Positions 25,136-38,864 of a DNA stretch of 64,000 nucleotides are shown here, in pieces (within the stretch, counting starts at the first letter, position 1; every line of letters starts with the position of its first letter). This DNA is from Vicugna vicugna (Eukaryota). The DNA lies in contig MU058844.1 of the NCBI GenBank assembly GCA_013265495.1, positions 3,911,895 to 3,975,894 on the forward strand, written 5' to 3'. The notes beneath the pieces were generated by a model. That model was not told where the DNA came from and made no database searches. It was given only the letters and a program-made list of their open reading frames with translations. The position numbers and the translations under genes were made by a program.

Positions 25136-25589
25136 TATACATCATTTAACAGTGGATACCCTCGGGAATTGGGTTGTATTGAAGATAACTTTCACACTTT
25201 CTTATCTACACTTTCATATTATTTGACTTTAAAATGAGCATGTAATTTTTTTAGATTAAGGACTTACTTTCATAAAATAATACAAGTTTTGGTATTTAAA
25301 AAATGAAAGCAATGCAGAAAGGAACAAAAGGGAAAGCAAAAATTAGTTCCAAAATCTACTACAACTCTTATTCCTCTGAAATAAATGTCAAAATTTGGCG
25401 GATAGTATTTCAAATATCTTTACACGCCTTTGTCTATATGAGATAAATATATAGATGGATAAGTAGACAGAAAAAATCCATTTCTGCTAATGTTAGAATA
25501 ATATATTAAATTTAATTTTACTTAATTTAGGAATAAAAATTAGGAATTAAGATAAAAAGCAAAGTAATTTTTATACTTCTCAGGTATGT

Positions 25590-27670
25590 AATATGCAAGC
25601 ATTATTCCTCTTGGAATAAGACAATACTGTATTGGAGGTTCTTGACAGTCCATAAAGATATTAAAAAGTAACAGTTCATTTAAGGATTAGAAAAGAGGAA
25701 GTGAATGTCATTATTTCTAATGTGTGATGTGATTATCCAAGTAGGGAAACCCACAGACTCTCATCCAAGTAACTAAAAATAATCAAGAGTTTAGTAAATT
25801 GGCTGAATGTAATATCAACATACAAAAATCAATTAATCAGACATCTGCTTTTGACCATAATGGAGAAACATGGGCTATACGTATTCTTTTGCCATGAAAA
25901 ATTAGAAAACTGGACAAATAGAGAAACAATTGTTTTTAGACACTGAAGAACAGGCAGCATTGTGTTTCATGAAAGAAAGGAAACAAGTAAATTAAGCCCA
26001 ACAATCACCCTGGCTTTCTGCCTGGAAGCAACATTCAGACCATGGGTACAGGGAAGGAGAATCCAAATAAGGCTTGGCACTCTTACTTAGTTTAGTAGAT
26101 GGAGAAAGGAATTCAGGAAAGTTGAGACAGCTGAAAATTGTGTGACAGAATTTTATAGAAGGAGCTATTAAGAAAAAGAGCTTCAGAAACTGGCACTGAG
26201 GTCCCCTGAGTCTTTGCTATATACTAGCCTATGCACATGTAGGGTAAAACTCAATGAAGTCAGGTAGAGTTATGAGACGAACAATCCTCAGGTCCTACAC
26301 AAGGCAGGAAGACATCTGAGCTCTGACTAGTCAGTTTAGAGATTCTTCAGACATCAATGAGGCAATCAAGAGACCCCCCAGAGGGGTCATATCTTTGTTA
26401 AAAAAAAATGAAGTATGCCTGGAATGAAAGCTACTCTAGACACTCTCCATAGAAATGCTTGAAAATAAAAATTAAATAGATCGAATAAATCTTCAAGTAA
26501 GTTAATTGCCTACCAGAACAAAGTGCAACACTCTTTAAAGAAGACAGAGAATTATAGATATTCAACAACATAACTTCATAATGTCTAGTACAATAAAAAA
26601 AATTACTATATGTGCAAAGAAGCAGGAAGTGTAGGACATTATCAGGAGAAAAATGAGTCAATAGAAGCAGATCCAGAAATGACAGGGAGGATAGATTAGC
26701 AACCAAGGACACTAAAACAGCTACAGTAAATATGCTCAATATGCTCAGAGATTTAAAAACAAAACAGGAATGATAAAGAGAGGAGTAGAAGCTGCAGAAA
26801 AGAATCAAATGAAATGACAATAGAAGAAAAGAAAGGTATGAAGGTATGTGTAATGAAAAATTCATTGGATGGAATAAAGAGCAAATTAGACTGTGCAGAC
26901 ATAGCAACAGAATCAATCCAAATTGAAGCACAGAGAGGAAAAAAAAAAGGCTGACTGCTAATAGACAGAACTCCAGTGACCTGTGGGACAGTATCAAGCA
27001 GTCTAACATACCTGTATTTGGAGTCTCAGAAAAAGAAGCAATAAGTGAATCAAGCAAGATCACAAGATGCAAGGTTAAGACAAAGTCAATTTCACTTCTA
27101 TAAACCAGCAGTAAATAGATGTTTAAGTACATAAGCATTATTTACAATAGCATAAAAATGTAAAATACTTCAAAATACATTTAGCAAAAGATGTGCATAT
27201 CCTTCACAATGAAAATTTTAAAATATTGCTAAAAGAACTTGAGACCTAAATAAATGGAGAGCTATACCATACTTACAGACTGGAGGATTTAATATTAAGA
27301 TGTCAGTTCTCCTCCAATTGGTCTACAGATTCAACTCCATTTACATGAAACTATAGGAGAGACAATTTTTATTTAAGCTGAAGAAAGCAGATCAGAGGTA
27401 ACCAGGAGCACACAGGATGATGGACTGTTAAACGCACAGGATCTTGTAGTTACATGGGTATGTGCATTTATCAAAAGATACAGAACTGAACATTTGAAAT
27501 GGGTGCATTTTCTTCCATGTAAATTATACCTCAATAAAGAGTATTTAAAAATGCCAACTGCATTTCAATATTCTAGTAAAAATTGGAAACTTAAAAAAAA
27601 ATAACCCACGTATAATAGCAACTAAAGCTAAAAATTATCTAGGAAGAAATCTTCTAAAAGTCTACCACAC
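25590..27670 (+). mobile_element. Old L1 ORF2 remnant hosting an internally deleted old L1M (~25838-27552)
   Basis: ORF2 sequence AATATCAACATACAAAAATCAAT is interrupted and resumes near 27555; insert has 5'/ORF1-like (GACCTGTGGGACAGTATCAAGCAGTCTAACATA), ORF2 and 3' end (AAATTATACCTCAATAAAG) parts. Confidence 0.65.
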
Positions 27671-29439
27671 TTCTGTCTGTGTACATATGTGTATGTATAT
27701 GTGTTTTCCTATAGTCTATTGACCTATGCTTGACTGTATTTTCATTTATTAGTGTTTTGTTTGTTATGGCCTCTGCACTAGAAAGGGCTTTTATTTCTGT
27801 AGTGGATTTTTTTCCCCTTCAATTGCTTTTCCATGATTTATAAGCTTCCTTTGCAAATATTCTCATTATCTTATCACATTTTGACTACTTTATTCCTTTA
27901 GATTTTTAAAATTCATGTTAATATGTTATTTTAACATCTTTGAAATTATGGAGGACAATGTATCTAAACTATTTTTGTCTCTATTTCTTTGCATAAATCT
28001 TTATATAATGTAGATCTTTAATTTGCTTTTTAGTTTATATATACTTCCTGCATTTTTTATAGTATTTCTGTTTAGGATCTGTGTTTTGTTTTGGTTTTCA
28101 TAGTTACTCATTTCAAATTTTTAAATAGAGTGGGTAGTATAGGGACAATAATCAGGGTTGTTATGACTTTTATTTCTGATTTATTGTTTTGAAACCATCT
28201 CACCAAATGTTTTATTTCCTTTGCCCTGATAGTTCATTTTTCCTCAGTGTTTGATGTTGAAGAAATTTAAATAACTTAAAACAAAGCCCTTAAGTTACAG
28301 GATTTTGATGCTGAAGTATAGCAATTACTACTTCACCTCCATAACTTACCCTACTTCTCAGAAAGTTTCCCTTGTCTAGGGTTATAATTTATAGAGAATG
28401 TAAATGAGGAGGAAATACAGTTTCTCCCATCAGTTCTACTTTCTCTGTCATTATACTGTGTCCAACTGAGTTTATATAATGATATTCCTTACTTCTGTTG
28501 TGATCGAACCATACCTCAAAATCTTATCACTTTAATGAAGATATTTGGATAAGACTGATACTTTTAGGGAAACTGGTTTTCTGCTCAAAGTCTGAAAAAG
28601 TACATGCAAGCCCTTAGTTTTGTCCAGTTCAATCCAATTTCAACGTAGTTGGCCAGAGTATTTTATACATTTTTGTGTGTAGCTAAATCCTTACTAAAAT
28701 ATATAAATCAATGCCTCATTCATTGATGACAATATAAATTTTCCTTCTATTTTTTCATTTATTTTGGGGTTTGGTGGGTTCTGGGGAAGGGAAAAGTAAT
28801 AAAAATGTCTCTGCCAACCTTCATATGCCAATTTTAAAAATTAACCAACTTTATAAAAAGGAAAATGTATACAAAAATAAATTTATACATTAAATATATA
28901 GGTTGGAAGTGGTAACCCCAAAATAGATTAGTTCCTCTTAGATATATCTACCCCTAGATTACATTGCTTAGATATAAGTTTCTTGTTTATACCTACTTTA
29001 ATCTAAAGTTTTCACAAACAGGGTATCCCTTGACTATGAATGGGCAAGAACAGTAACCAAGTAATCTCCAGAAAGTAACTCCAACAGAGACCCAGTTGTT
29101 TACAAGACACTGGAGGACACTAGAATCGAGTGAATAATCAGTGTTAAAAGCCTCCCTTTGTATTTGAATAACTAACCAACTCTCCTTGTGTCACTTTTAT
29201 TCCTTCTTACTTTGTTAGCCTGAGTGATCCTTAAGGAAAATTCTTTTCATTAGTATCTGCCACAATAAGTGAATATACCCTTGAAATGATGATATAGCTC
29301 ATTTTTTAAGGAGCTGACCAATTAATCAGATTCATTTATTGTCAAACCTAGATAATTCATATATAAATCCACTATAACTCATTTTTATAAACAACTGATG
29401 TTATCATCTCTGGCATCTATTTTCCCCTATGGGTCCTCC

Positions 29440-29695
29440 TACTTTCCATTGTAGGCATTCAGGGACTCAGGATGAAAGAGTAGCCAACACTGGAAAGGTA
29501 GTTGGAAAGAAAAGAGAGTCCTGGGGAATCCCAGATTTAGCTATTAAATGTTTGGTCTAGAAACTACACACATCGCTTTGGCTCAAAAATCACTAGCCAG
29601 AACTAGTCACACAGCCCCGTCCAACCATAAGGGGAGTCAAGAGGTTAATTATACCATTGCCTAGAACTTTGAGAACTAACCTTAATGACTACAGA
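29440..29695 (-). mobile_element. MLT1 LTR fragment
   Basis: CACTAGCCAGAACTAGTCACACAGCCCC..TAATGACTACA. Confidence 0.6.
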
Positions 29696-32169
29696 GTAGA
29701 TCTTCCAGGAAAAAAATTAATATATGACTATCCACATATGAGATAATCAGCAAAAACAGTATGTTTACCTAAACTTTCTGAGGAGACCAATTATTATCAC
29801 ACTGAGCCAATATTATAAAAAATAGGAAATAGTAACATAGATGAGTAAGTAAAGTTGTAGGCTTCCTATGAGGACAATTTAAGGACTTAGTCATTTTTTG
29901 TTAAATTATATATTTTGTGTAAAAAATTCATTTGCAGAGACAAATATTGCATATTGACATATATTGCCAAAGTTATGATAAAGGTTAAAGAACTAGGAAT
30001 AGGGACTCTTAATTCCCTGATATTTTTGGTGATGCTCATTATGGAAAGACTTTTCCACACTGAAGCCAATGAAGATTTATTTTTATTGTTGCTATAAAGT
30101 TTTACAGCTTTTCGTCTTTGGTCAGTCAATTTCTGCTTCACAAATGTCCTTCGTAAGTGAAACTTGCTTATCTTCTGGAGAGTTTCTAAGGTATCACATT
30201 GAGTTTTTCTTTTAAACAGGTTTGCTATATCACATTGCTTTTTAAAATCAACTAATTTATTTGAAATTCCTGTTAGAAAACAGTTTTATACAGATAAACA
30301 TGTCTTGTGACTTTGATCATCAGAAACATTCCATTTTCTGGGTGTTGACTTGTTTCTTTTTATTACATCATGAATTGCAGTTCTCCAGAGTAATGCAATC
30401 TGTGAAATGCTGTCTGCGTTACTGTACATTACTGATAGCAAATGTGGAGCTTTACTTGTGTTGAGATTATCAGTCTTTTCCAAAGTTAATACTATCAATT
30501 ATAAAAACAAAAATCACGCCAAAAAAGGGAAACATTTCTCAAAATCCAGAAAAATATTTCTGACTCCTCAGAACAATTTCCCCAGATCTTGAAAATTATA
30601 GCATTTATGATATTCATGTACACCCTAAAAAAGCACTAATGTTTTTATGATGTGGACAATGTCAGACCAAGGCTTGTTAGGCTGCTCTTTCAAAATTCTC
30701 TTCTATTCTCTCTGGAAAGACAAACAAGGGGAAACTTGAGAGTTTTAGTATCTTAGACGTATTTATTATCAGTTAATGATTAGACAGGACAAAAATCCTT
30801 CTTTTGACAATATATATATATTAAAGCTATATAAAAAGCTTTTATATTTCAGGATAAAACTCCTTTCAGGATCAATAATTATTGGACTACTTATATTTAC
30901 TACATGGCATAGTGAAAGTTTAGTAAGATTTCAAGTTCTTCTAGCTATTGTCTTTATTACGTTTCTAAAAATTTTAGTCGTGAGATTATAAAAGGGCATC
31001 TTAAAAAAATTGTCTTAAAAATAGTGAAAATGCAAAATTAAGAATTTGAATGAGATTTCTAAAGTCAATCTAGCTCTGAAAGTCTGTGACTATCCTAGTT
31101 TACATATAAACCTAGAACCAACTTTTATTGTTCTCTTGAAGATTGTTTTAAAATGAGCTTTAACCAAATTTCTTAACTCTGGTCCCTCAGTCATCCTCTG
31201 GTGTGGCTTTGAGAGCCTTACTAATGTTCACAGAATTCCCAATGAAAGGTATTTCAGGCATTGTGAACCCTAAACTTTCAGAAGTGTTAGAAAATACATC
31301 CTCACTTTTGGGATTTGTTTGAAAGTGACACAGATATGTAAAAAGATAGTCATTTTATTAGTAGAGTAGTGTAAAGGTGAAGAGTTCATAAAAGCAAAGT
31401 CCATCTTTACTTTATAAATTACTCTTTGCATGGTGTTACATGCAGCAGGCACTAATGAATATTTGTTTATTAAATGAATGAAATGTCCAACTATAGTATA
31501 ATAAATAAATGACTGAATAATTCACTCAGCTGACTATCATAAATTCTTTTAGTAGGAAACAGATTCTTATACCATAAAATGGTGGGATATAAACTGATTC
31601 ATTATTTGTGGGAGAGTAATTTGTCTTTGTGTATCAAAAGTTTTAAAATGGGCATACTTATTGCTCTAACAATGTTATTTCTAGGAATTTATTCTCAGAA
31701 AATAATTACAATATGTGTTACCATTTATCTATAAAGAGGTGTACTTAAGAATTATTCAAATTAGACAAAATTTATGAAACTATGGCCATTATTTTTATTT
31801 TCTTTCTTGTCCATATTGCCTGTCATATGCTTATATTATTTAAGTATTATTATAAATTAAAACATTATGTCATAGAAAAAGACACCACCACAATAATGCC
31901 ATTTTACTACCCCATAGGCCTTAAAGCCAAGAGGAAAACAACCAAAAAATCATGAAATTTGATAATTATTAAACAAAATTCCCACAACCATTAAAGAGCA
32001 TTAAATAATTTTTAAATGATTCCACTGAAGACCTACAGAAGTGTTTTGGAAAAGTTGGTCCAACCCCGCCCTTAGCCTCACTACCATGCTACAAGTCAAT
32101 TATTTTTCCTTCACCCTCAAGTAATTGTTTTCCTATCTAGTGGTTCTATTAATTAATGATAATTGATGG

Positions 32170-35100
32170 TGAAGTATTAACCTCTTCAACTATTAATACT
32201 GAATTCTCTATTGTTCTCTTTAATTTTGTTAGTTTGTGTTTTATATGTTTCGTGGCTTTGTTAAATAGCTGCACAAATTTATAATTCATATCTTCCTGAT
32301 AAATTGACACTTTTATCATTATAACATATACCTCTTAATCTCTAGTAATATATCTTTTACCTTAAAATATATTTTGTCTCTTATTTGTATAGTCAGTCGA
32401 GCTCTCAGTAGGTTTAACACATTCAAATTTAGTATCAGTCTCTTATAAGCAGAATATATTGGGATTCTGGTTTTCAATCCAGTGTGATAATCTATACTTT
32501 TTATTTAGAGTGTTTAATTCATTTGTGTTGAATGTAACTATTGATATGCTACAATTTACACCTGTCATGTTGCTGTTTGTTTTATACACATAATGTCTTT
32601 TTTGTTCCTCCATTTCTTCACTGTCTTTTTTGTTAAATAGATATTTTAGTGTACTATTTTATTACCTTTGTTTTTTAAATAGTATTTTTAAGTTATTTTC
32701 ATAATGGTTATTCTGAGGAATTAAAATGTGTATCTTATTTTAAAATAATCTAGTTTAGGTTAAGGCTAAATTAATACCAATAGTACATTAAAAGTTTGCT
32801 CCAATCTAGCTCCTTCTCCCTCCCTTCCTTTGTGTAATATATTACTGTCACACAAACTACATTTTTATATAAGCCCATTAGCAAAGTTTTATAATTATTG
32901 TTTTATACAGTTGTCTACTAAATCAGTAAAAGAAAATAGTTAATATTTACACATATTCCCCTAAATACCTCTACTGATGCTCTTTATTTCATTGTGCAGA
33001 TTTGAGTTAACATCTAGCATCCTCCCTTTTTCAGACTAAAAGGTTCTCTTTTTATTTTCTATAGGGCAGTGTGCTAGCAACAGATTCTCAGTTGTTGTTG
33101 TTGTTTTTTATGAGAATGTCCTAATTTCTCCCTCACTTTTGAAAGATAATTTTGTTGGACATAGAATTCTTGGTTGACAGCCTTTTCATTTCAGCACTTT
33201 AAATATGTAAGCTTACCTTTTGGTCTCCATGGTTTTGATTAGAAATCACTTATTAATATTACTGAGGATCCCACATACTTGTTAAATCATTTTTTTCTCT
33301 TACTGCTTTCAAGATGTTCTCTGTGTCACTGATAATTTGACAGTATGACTATGATGGTATGGATATGGATCTCTGAATTTTTTTTTTTTAACTTGGAGTT
33401 CCTTGAGCTTGTTGGATGTGTAGATTAATGGTTTCTATCAATTTGGGAAGTTCTTGGATATTATTTCTTCAAGGTTTTTTACCCCTTTTGACACTTCATT
33501 CCTTCTGGGGCTCCCGTTATGCGTATGTTGATACACCGACAGGTTTCTGAAGCTCTGTTCATTTTTATTCACTCATATTTCTTTCTGTTCTTCATACTGA
33601 ATTATCTATTAATTTATCTTCAAGTTCACTGGTTCATTCTGTCACTAAGCCCTTCTAGTTAATTTTTAAAATTTCAGTTATTATATTTTTAAACTTCAGA
33701 GTATCTATTTGTCTTTTTTCTATAATTTCTATCTCTATTGATTTTATCTACTTGGTGAGATATAGTTGTCATACTTTTCTTTAGTTCTTTAAACGTGGTT
33801 TCCTTTAGTGCAACCTTTAGGTTCCCTCAAGGACAATTTCTATTGAATGCTTTTACTTTTCTCTGTATGGGCCATACTTTCCTATTAATCTGCATATCTC
33901 TTAATTTTTTGTTGAAAATGGGGAAATTTAGATAATACATTTGATTCTCCTTATTCATGGCAGTTATGCTCTATAAAGTCACTGCAAAGACTGAATTAGT
34001 GGATAATGAACTATTACACATGAATATCACATAGATTATAATCTTAAATCCTGAAAGCAAGTCATCCAGGTAGACTATTTTATTTTACAAAAGAGAAAAT
34101 GAGGCTTAGAAAAGTTAATAATTTGTCTGTGGCTTCCCCACTACTGTCTTCATCCTTTGGTCATCTCTGTATGAGAGCTAAAACAAGAAGGCAGAGGGCC
34201 ACCTTGTTTGACCTCACCTGGGAACATGCATATTGGGAGACTTACAATTTTTGCTACTCTGTGCACTTACATTTTTGTGAATGACTGTAAAGGACCATGA
34301 ATATTGATTTTGGTGTTACAAATAAATTTTAGTGACTAGGTAAATTCACTAATATGGAACTTGAGAATAACAAAGATCCAATGTATATTGTAGGAAGTCT
34401 GGAATCTGACACTGCCGCCTAACAATTTTGTTTTTACTGTTTTATTGTTGTTGCTGCTGCTGTCATTTATTTAGTGACTTTCCGTGACTTATTCTATAGA
34501 GTATTCCCTGCATTGTGTGGCCACTGAAATCTCCGCTTTTTAGTTATCTATTAATTTTCTTGTTTGTATTTTTAAGCCTGGATTTGTTCACCCCTGGGTC
34601 AGCATAGCTTAGTGGTCAGTCAGTGGTTGGTCAGAAGATTTCCTTGAGCCAATAAATCTTTCCAAGAGGATCTGTGTGTATACTGAGAGACACCTCGAAG
34701 TTCAGGCAGTTTACACGCCTGCTTTAGTCTTCATTCCTGCTTGCACAGGGCCCCAAGGTCAGCCAGATATGAATAAGTAACTGGGCCTTTCTCCAGTTTT
34801 TCTGGGCATGTGCACAAGCTACACATGTGTGTGGCCTTACAGATTCCTAGGAATATTTGGGGCTTTTCAAACACTTCAGGGTTGTCATTCCTTAGATATG
34901 CCCCTCAAAATTTTTGGCCAGCTTCTTGTTTGCCTCAACTGGTATTCCTGCCTTAGACAGCTGTAATATTCACTACTGCAACTAAGTACTTATTTTTAAA
35001 ATGACTGAAATATAGGGCTTTTCTGCCAAGCTCAACTCCAAGTCAGGCTAAAGAGCAATGAGGTCCTAAGAATGGGACTTTTTCAGAAAGCTCCAAGTCT

Positions 35101-35290
35101 GGTCAAAATAATGACAACACTCTGGGGAATTTTTTTTTTTTTTTTTTGCAGAGCTCCAAAACAGTTCAGTTTCCTACAGTGGCTGAGGCTGGTAGTTGCT
35201 GCAGCTGCTGTACCATGGAAGGAGGGGTAGGGAGAGGAGTGTCCTCAAAACAAAATGACACAGACCCTGCTTTGTTTCCAAAGTTCAGTT
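32170..35290 (-). mobile_element. Old L1M remnant (ORF2 start, inter-ORF, ORF1/5' region)
   Basis: T-rich antisense L1 motifs (TTTTGAAAGATAATTTTGTTGGACATAGAATTCTTGGTTGACAG; TTTGGGAAGTTCTTGGATATTATTTCTTCAA). Confidence 0.8.
33938..34383. mobile_element. TcMar-Tigger family non-autonomous DNA transposon
   Basis: Imperfect TIRs CATTTGATTCTCCTTATTC / GAATAACAAAGATCCAATG flanked by TA at 33936-37 and 34384-85. Confidence 0.8.
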
Positions 35291-35294
35291 CTCT

Positions 35295-36057
35295 TTTTTT
35301 ATTTTAATATGGTTTCATTTCATATATATTTGTATATATACACACATATATATTTATTTCATATATGTGTGCATATGTACATATACATATACATATATAC
35401 TTCTTTTCACATTCTTTTTCATTATATGCTATTACAAGGTACTGAATATAGTTCCCTGTGCTACACAATAGGACCTTATTTACCTATTTTATATACAGTA
35501 GTTAGTATCTGCAAATCCCAAACTCCCAATTTATCTTTCCCCATCCTCTTCCCCCCATGGTAACTATAAGCTTGTTTTTCTATATCTGTGGGGTTTTTTT
35601 TTTCTGTTTTGTAAATCAGTTCATTAGTATCCTTTTCTTAGATTCCACATATGAGTGATACCATATGGTATTTTTCTTTCTCTTTCTCGCTTCATTCACT
35701 TAGTATGACAATCTCTAGGTCCATTCATGTTGCTTTGAAAGGCATTATGTTATTATTTTTTATGGCTGAGTAGTATTCCATTGTATAAATATAACACAAC
35801 TTCTTTATCCAATTATCTGTTGATGGATCGTATTAGAGCTTCCTCTGGATATATGCCTAGGAGTAGGATTGCTGGATTATATGGTACATTTTTAGTTTTT
35901 TAAGGAATCTCCATACTGTTTTCCACAGTGGCTGCATCAAACTACACTCCCACCAACAGTGTAGCAGGGTTCCCTTTTCTCCAAACTCTCTCTCACATTT
36001 ATCGTTTGTGGAGTTTTTAATGATGGCCATTCTGACTGGTGTGAGGTGATATCTCAT
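35295..36057 (-). mobile_element. Young L1 3' fragment (ORF2 C-terminus + 3' UTR) with small internal deletion
   Basis: ORF 35857-36057 [38 protein letters not shown] is the L1 ORF2 cysteine-rich domain. Confidence 0.92.
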
Positions 36058-36319
36058 AAGCAGGTTTTCAACATCCCTCTAATCTTGCTATCTCAGAAAC
36101 CTTCTATTCCAACTGTGTCATGGCATAATCCTCATCATCAGTCATTGCTTCAGTCATGATTTTTATAAAGGTTACAAAACCATCTCATATTTGCCTGTGC
36201 CTATTATTACCACCCATTTGAAAGTTAAAATGAGAAACACCTTTCAGTGGAGGGTAAGGGTAGTACTCCACATAGTTAGAGAAAACTAAAAGCAGGTCAT
36301 AAATTAACAGACCTACATT

Positions 36320-36540
36320 GCAGCTATTTTCATGATAAGAAAGTGTTAACTTCCATTTCATCTGTGAGCAGGCTGGTCGTGTCCATATTTGGTGCACTAG
36401 AAGATGTTGAATGAATGAGTGGGGCATCTGTGGAAGCCCAAAGAGAACGAACATCTTCCAAATAAATGTCTAGGCAAAAATAAACAATCAAAGAACAGGT
36501 CTGTTCAATTCCACTGTTTGCTCTAAAAATAGTTATACAT
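36320..36540. promoter_or_regulatory. Candidate muscle/cardiac-type enhancer motif cluster
   Basis: CArG CCATATTTGG 36383-36392, MEF2 CTAAAAATAG 36523-36532, GATA TGATAA 36333-36338, E-boxes CATCTG 36359 and 36425. Confidence 0.35.
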
Positions 36541-37507
36541 GAAAATAGAGTCAAGTGTTTTATAAAGTACCTTGGCAATAAGAAGTGCTATTCCAGTGAG
36601 TTGTAAGTCCAAGGAATTCAAAGAGTTGGGCAAAGCAAGTAAATGGCTAAGTTATAAACACAGGTTGCCAAAAGGAGAAGCATTAGTAATAATGACATCT
36701 ATGTGGGAACCCCTGCACAGAGCACCATAAATCTGACTAACTAACGTCAGCAAGAGAGAAAATAGCAGTCAAAACAAAAGATCTGAAAAACTTGCTGCAA
36801 AAAGTCAGTGGAGAACCGTGAATAACTAAGCAGGAATAGTAACGGATAGTACCAGCCAGTCTTTCTATATGACCAGAACATTACAATTTGAAATTACTCA
36901 AATAAAGGTGAAATACTAGATGTTAAAATACATTTTGTGTGTTTACTGGAAGGTGGTTCATTTTAATCCTTTTAAATCTCTGCTCAGTATTAAAGCTTAA
37001 GGAATCCTTCATATGGCAGCAAGGAGTCTTTCAAAGGGTATATAATGAAAGGATAATCCTAATATTTGTTGCTTGATTTTTAGTCCTCATTCAGATCATG
37101 TGAAATTGGGACTCATTTTGCAGGTTGATTATAAAACATTATAAATCTAAAAATTTAGCTTAAACATACATGAGTGAGTTCCAAATTATCCATCACATGA
37201 AGTGGGGGAGTGGGAGGATGAAGGCTTAGCTCCAATCATGATGTTGCCATTTTCTATAAATGTGCTACTTTTTAAATGCTTGAAGCTATCAAGAACTTTT
37301 TACAGTAATGTATTTAAAAGGTTGAATAAATCTGGATAACACAATAAAGACTACTTCTTGAGACTTTAACTTTTGCATTGCTCCCCTGAGGAAACTCTGT
37401 GGTATCAGATGCCACAGTGGCCTCCTGGCCACTTAACATGGCACAGAGCACTTGAATTGAAAGTCAACTCTATTGATGCTACTCTGTAATTCTTCTAAGC
37501 ATGGCAG

Positions 37508-37928
37508 GTGAATTGGTTAATTTTATGTGTTGACTTGGCTAGGTCATGGTAATGAGTTTTGTTAAACATCAGTCTAGATGATGCTGTGATGGTATTTTTT
37601 GGATGTATTAATATTTAAATCAGTAGATTTTGACTAAGGCAAATTACTTGCCATAATGTGGGTGGGCCTTCATTTAATCAGTTGAAGGTCTTAGAAGAAA
37701 AGACTGAGGTCACCCAAGGAAGAAAGAATTCTGCCTATAGACTACCTTTGGACTGAAGACCACAACTTTAACTTTTCCCTCGGTCTCCTGCCTGCTGTCC
37801 TGCCTATAGATTTTGGACTTGCCAACCCCCACAACCACATAAGCCAATTCCTTAAAATCTATCTATCATCTATCTATCAACACATACATCCTACTGGTTC
37901 TGTTTCCCTGAGAATATTGACTATTACA
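37508..37928 (+). mobile_element. ERVL solo LTR (MLT2 family)
   Basis: TGGTTAATTTTATGTG..ACTTGGCTAGG start; AAGCCAATTCCTTAAAAT; ends CTGGTTCTGTTTCCCTGAGAA..GACTATTACA. Confidence 0.9.
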
Positions 37929-38800
37929 CCAGAGAAAATAGAAACCCTCCAACCTCTTCCACGTTTGGCCATCAGTGTGCCTGAACTACCTGCAAAGGTA
38001 AGTATATTGGCCATCACCAGAAACTCTAAAGATTGTGGTATAGATATACATGCTGAATAGAATTACTGTAGCTGTTGATTTGAAGTAATAAGCTTTTATC
38101 CTTAACATTGGAGTTACTGCTTCCTTTCTCTCTGAATGCTTCCTTTCTTTCCAGTTGCCTACTAGAAGCGAAAGTAATTTATTGTAAGCACTGGAAATTG
38201 AATTGCAACATAATTCTGATAGCTTTCTGTGCAAAAAAGTAAAATGATGATACTATTCCAAAACCAACACAAAGTGTTTTGTTACAGCTCTTTAGTCATG
38301 GTGGTGTCTTGATATATACTGTTTTATCTTCATATTTTCTTGATCCCCTCTTGTGACTGAAAGTAGATAATAAAATACATGAAATTCAACCCTCTATACC
38401 TAAATTCAAAAATACTTGTTTAGGGCTTACTGTGTTCAGTGCTGGAGATGAAAAGATGAGGAATGACTGTCTTTGAAGAGGGCAATGTTCTATGGGAAGA
38501 CAGCATATAAATACATACATATTTTTTAACCAATGAAAATGTCTAATTAAGGCAATACATTAAAGGCTTTTTTATACCACCCTTCAACCTCAAATCACAT
38601 CAAATATAACAACCAAAAAAAGACAAGTAAAGATAACATATTCATTAAAACAAAGAGATTGCTGTGACTCCTAAGCTACATTATGAAGCACATCTAGACT
38701 GAGAAAAGAGAACATGCTGAGTTCCAGTGCCTGTTGTTTTGGATCTTGAGCCAGAAACACACCCCACACACACCAAACTGTCACATTCTAAAGGACGTAG

Positions 38801-38823
38801 AATATATATATGTGTGTGTGTGT

Positions 38824-38863
<40 letters not shown>

Positions 38864-38864
38864 T
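38801..38864. repeat. Palindromic compound microsatellite (AT)n(GT)n(AC)n(AT)n
   Basis: Read directly; symmetry centre at 38825/38826. Confidence 0.95.

Noticed and set aside
24933..25226. 97-aa Tyr/Ile-rich ORF
   Set aside because: Translation of a TA/CA low-complexity tract
26431..27138. Longest ORF (235 aa, hydrophobic, minus strand)
   Set aside because: It is the antisense of an A-rich L1 remnant; T-rich codons give Leu/Phe/Ser bias and few stops. Not a membrane protein gene.
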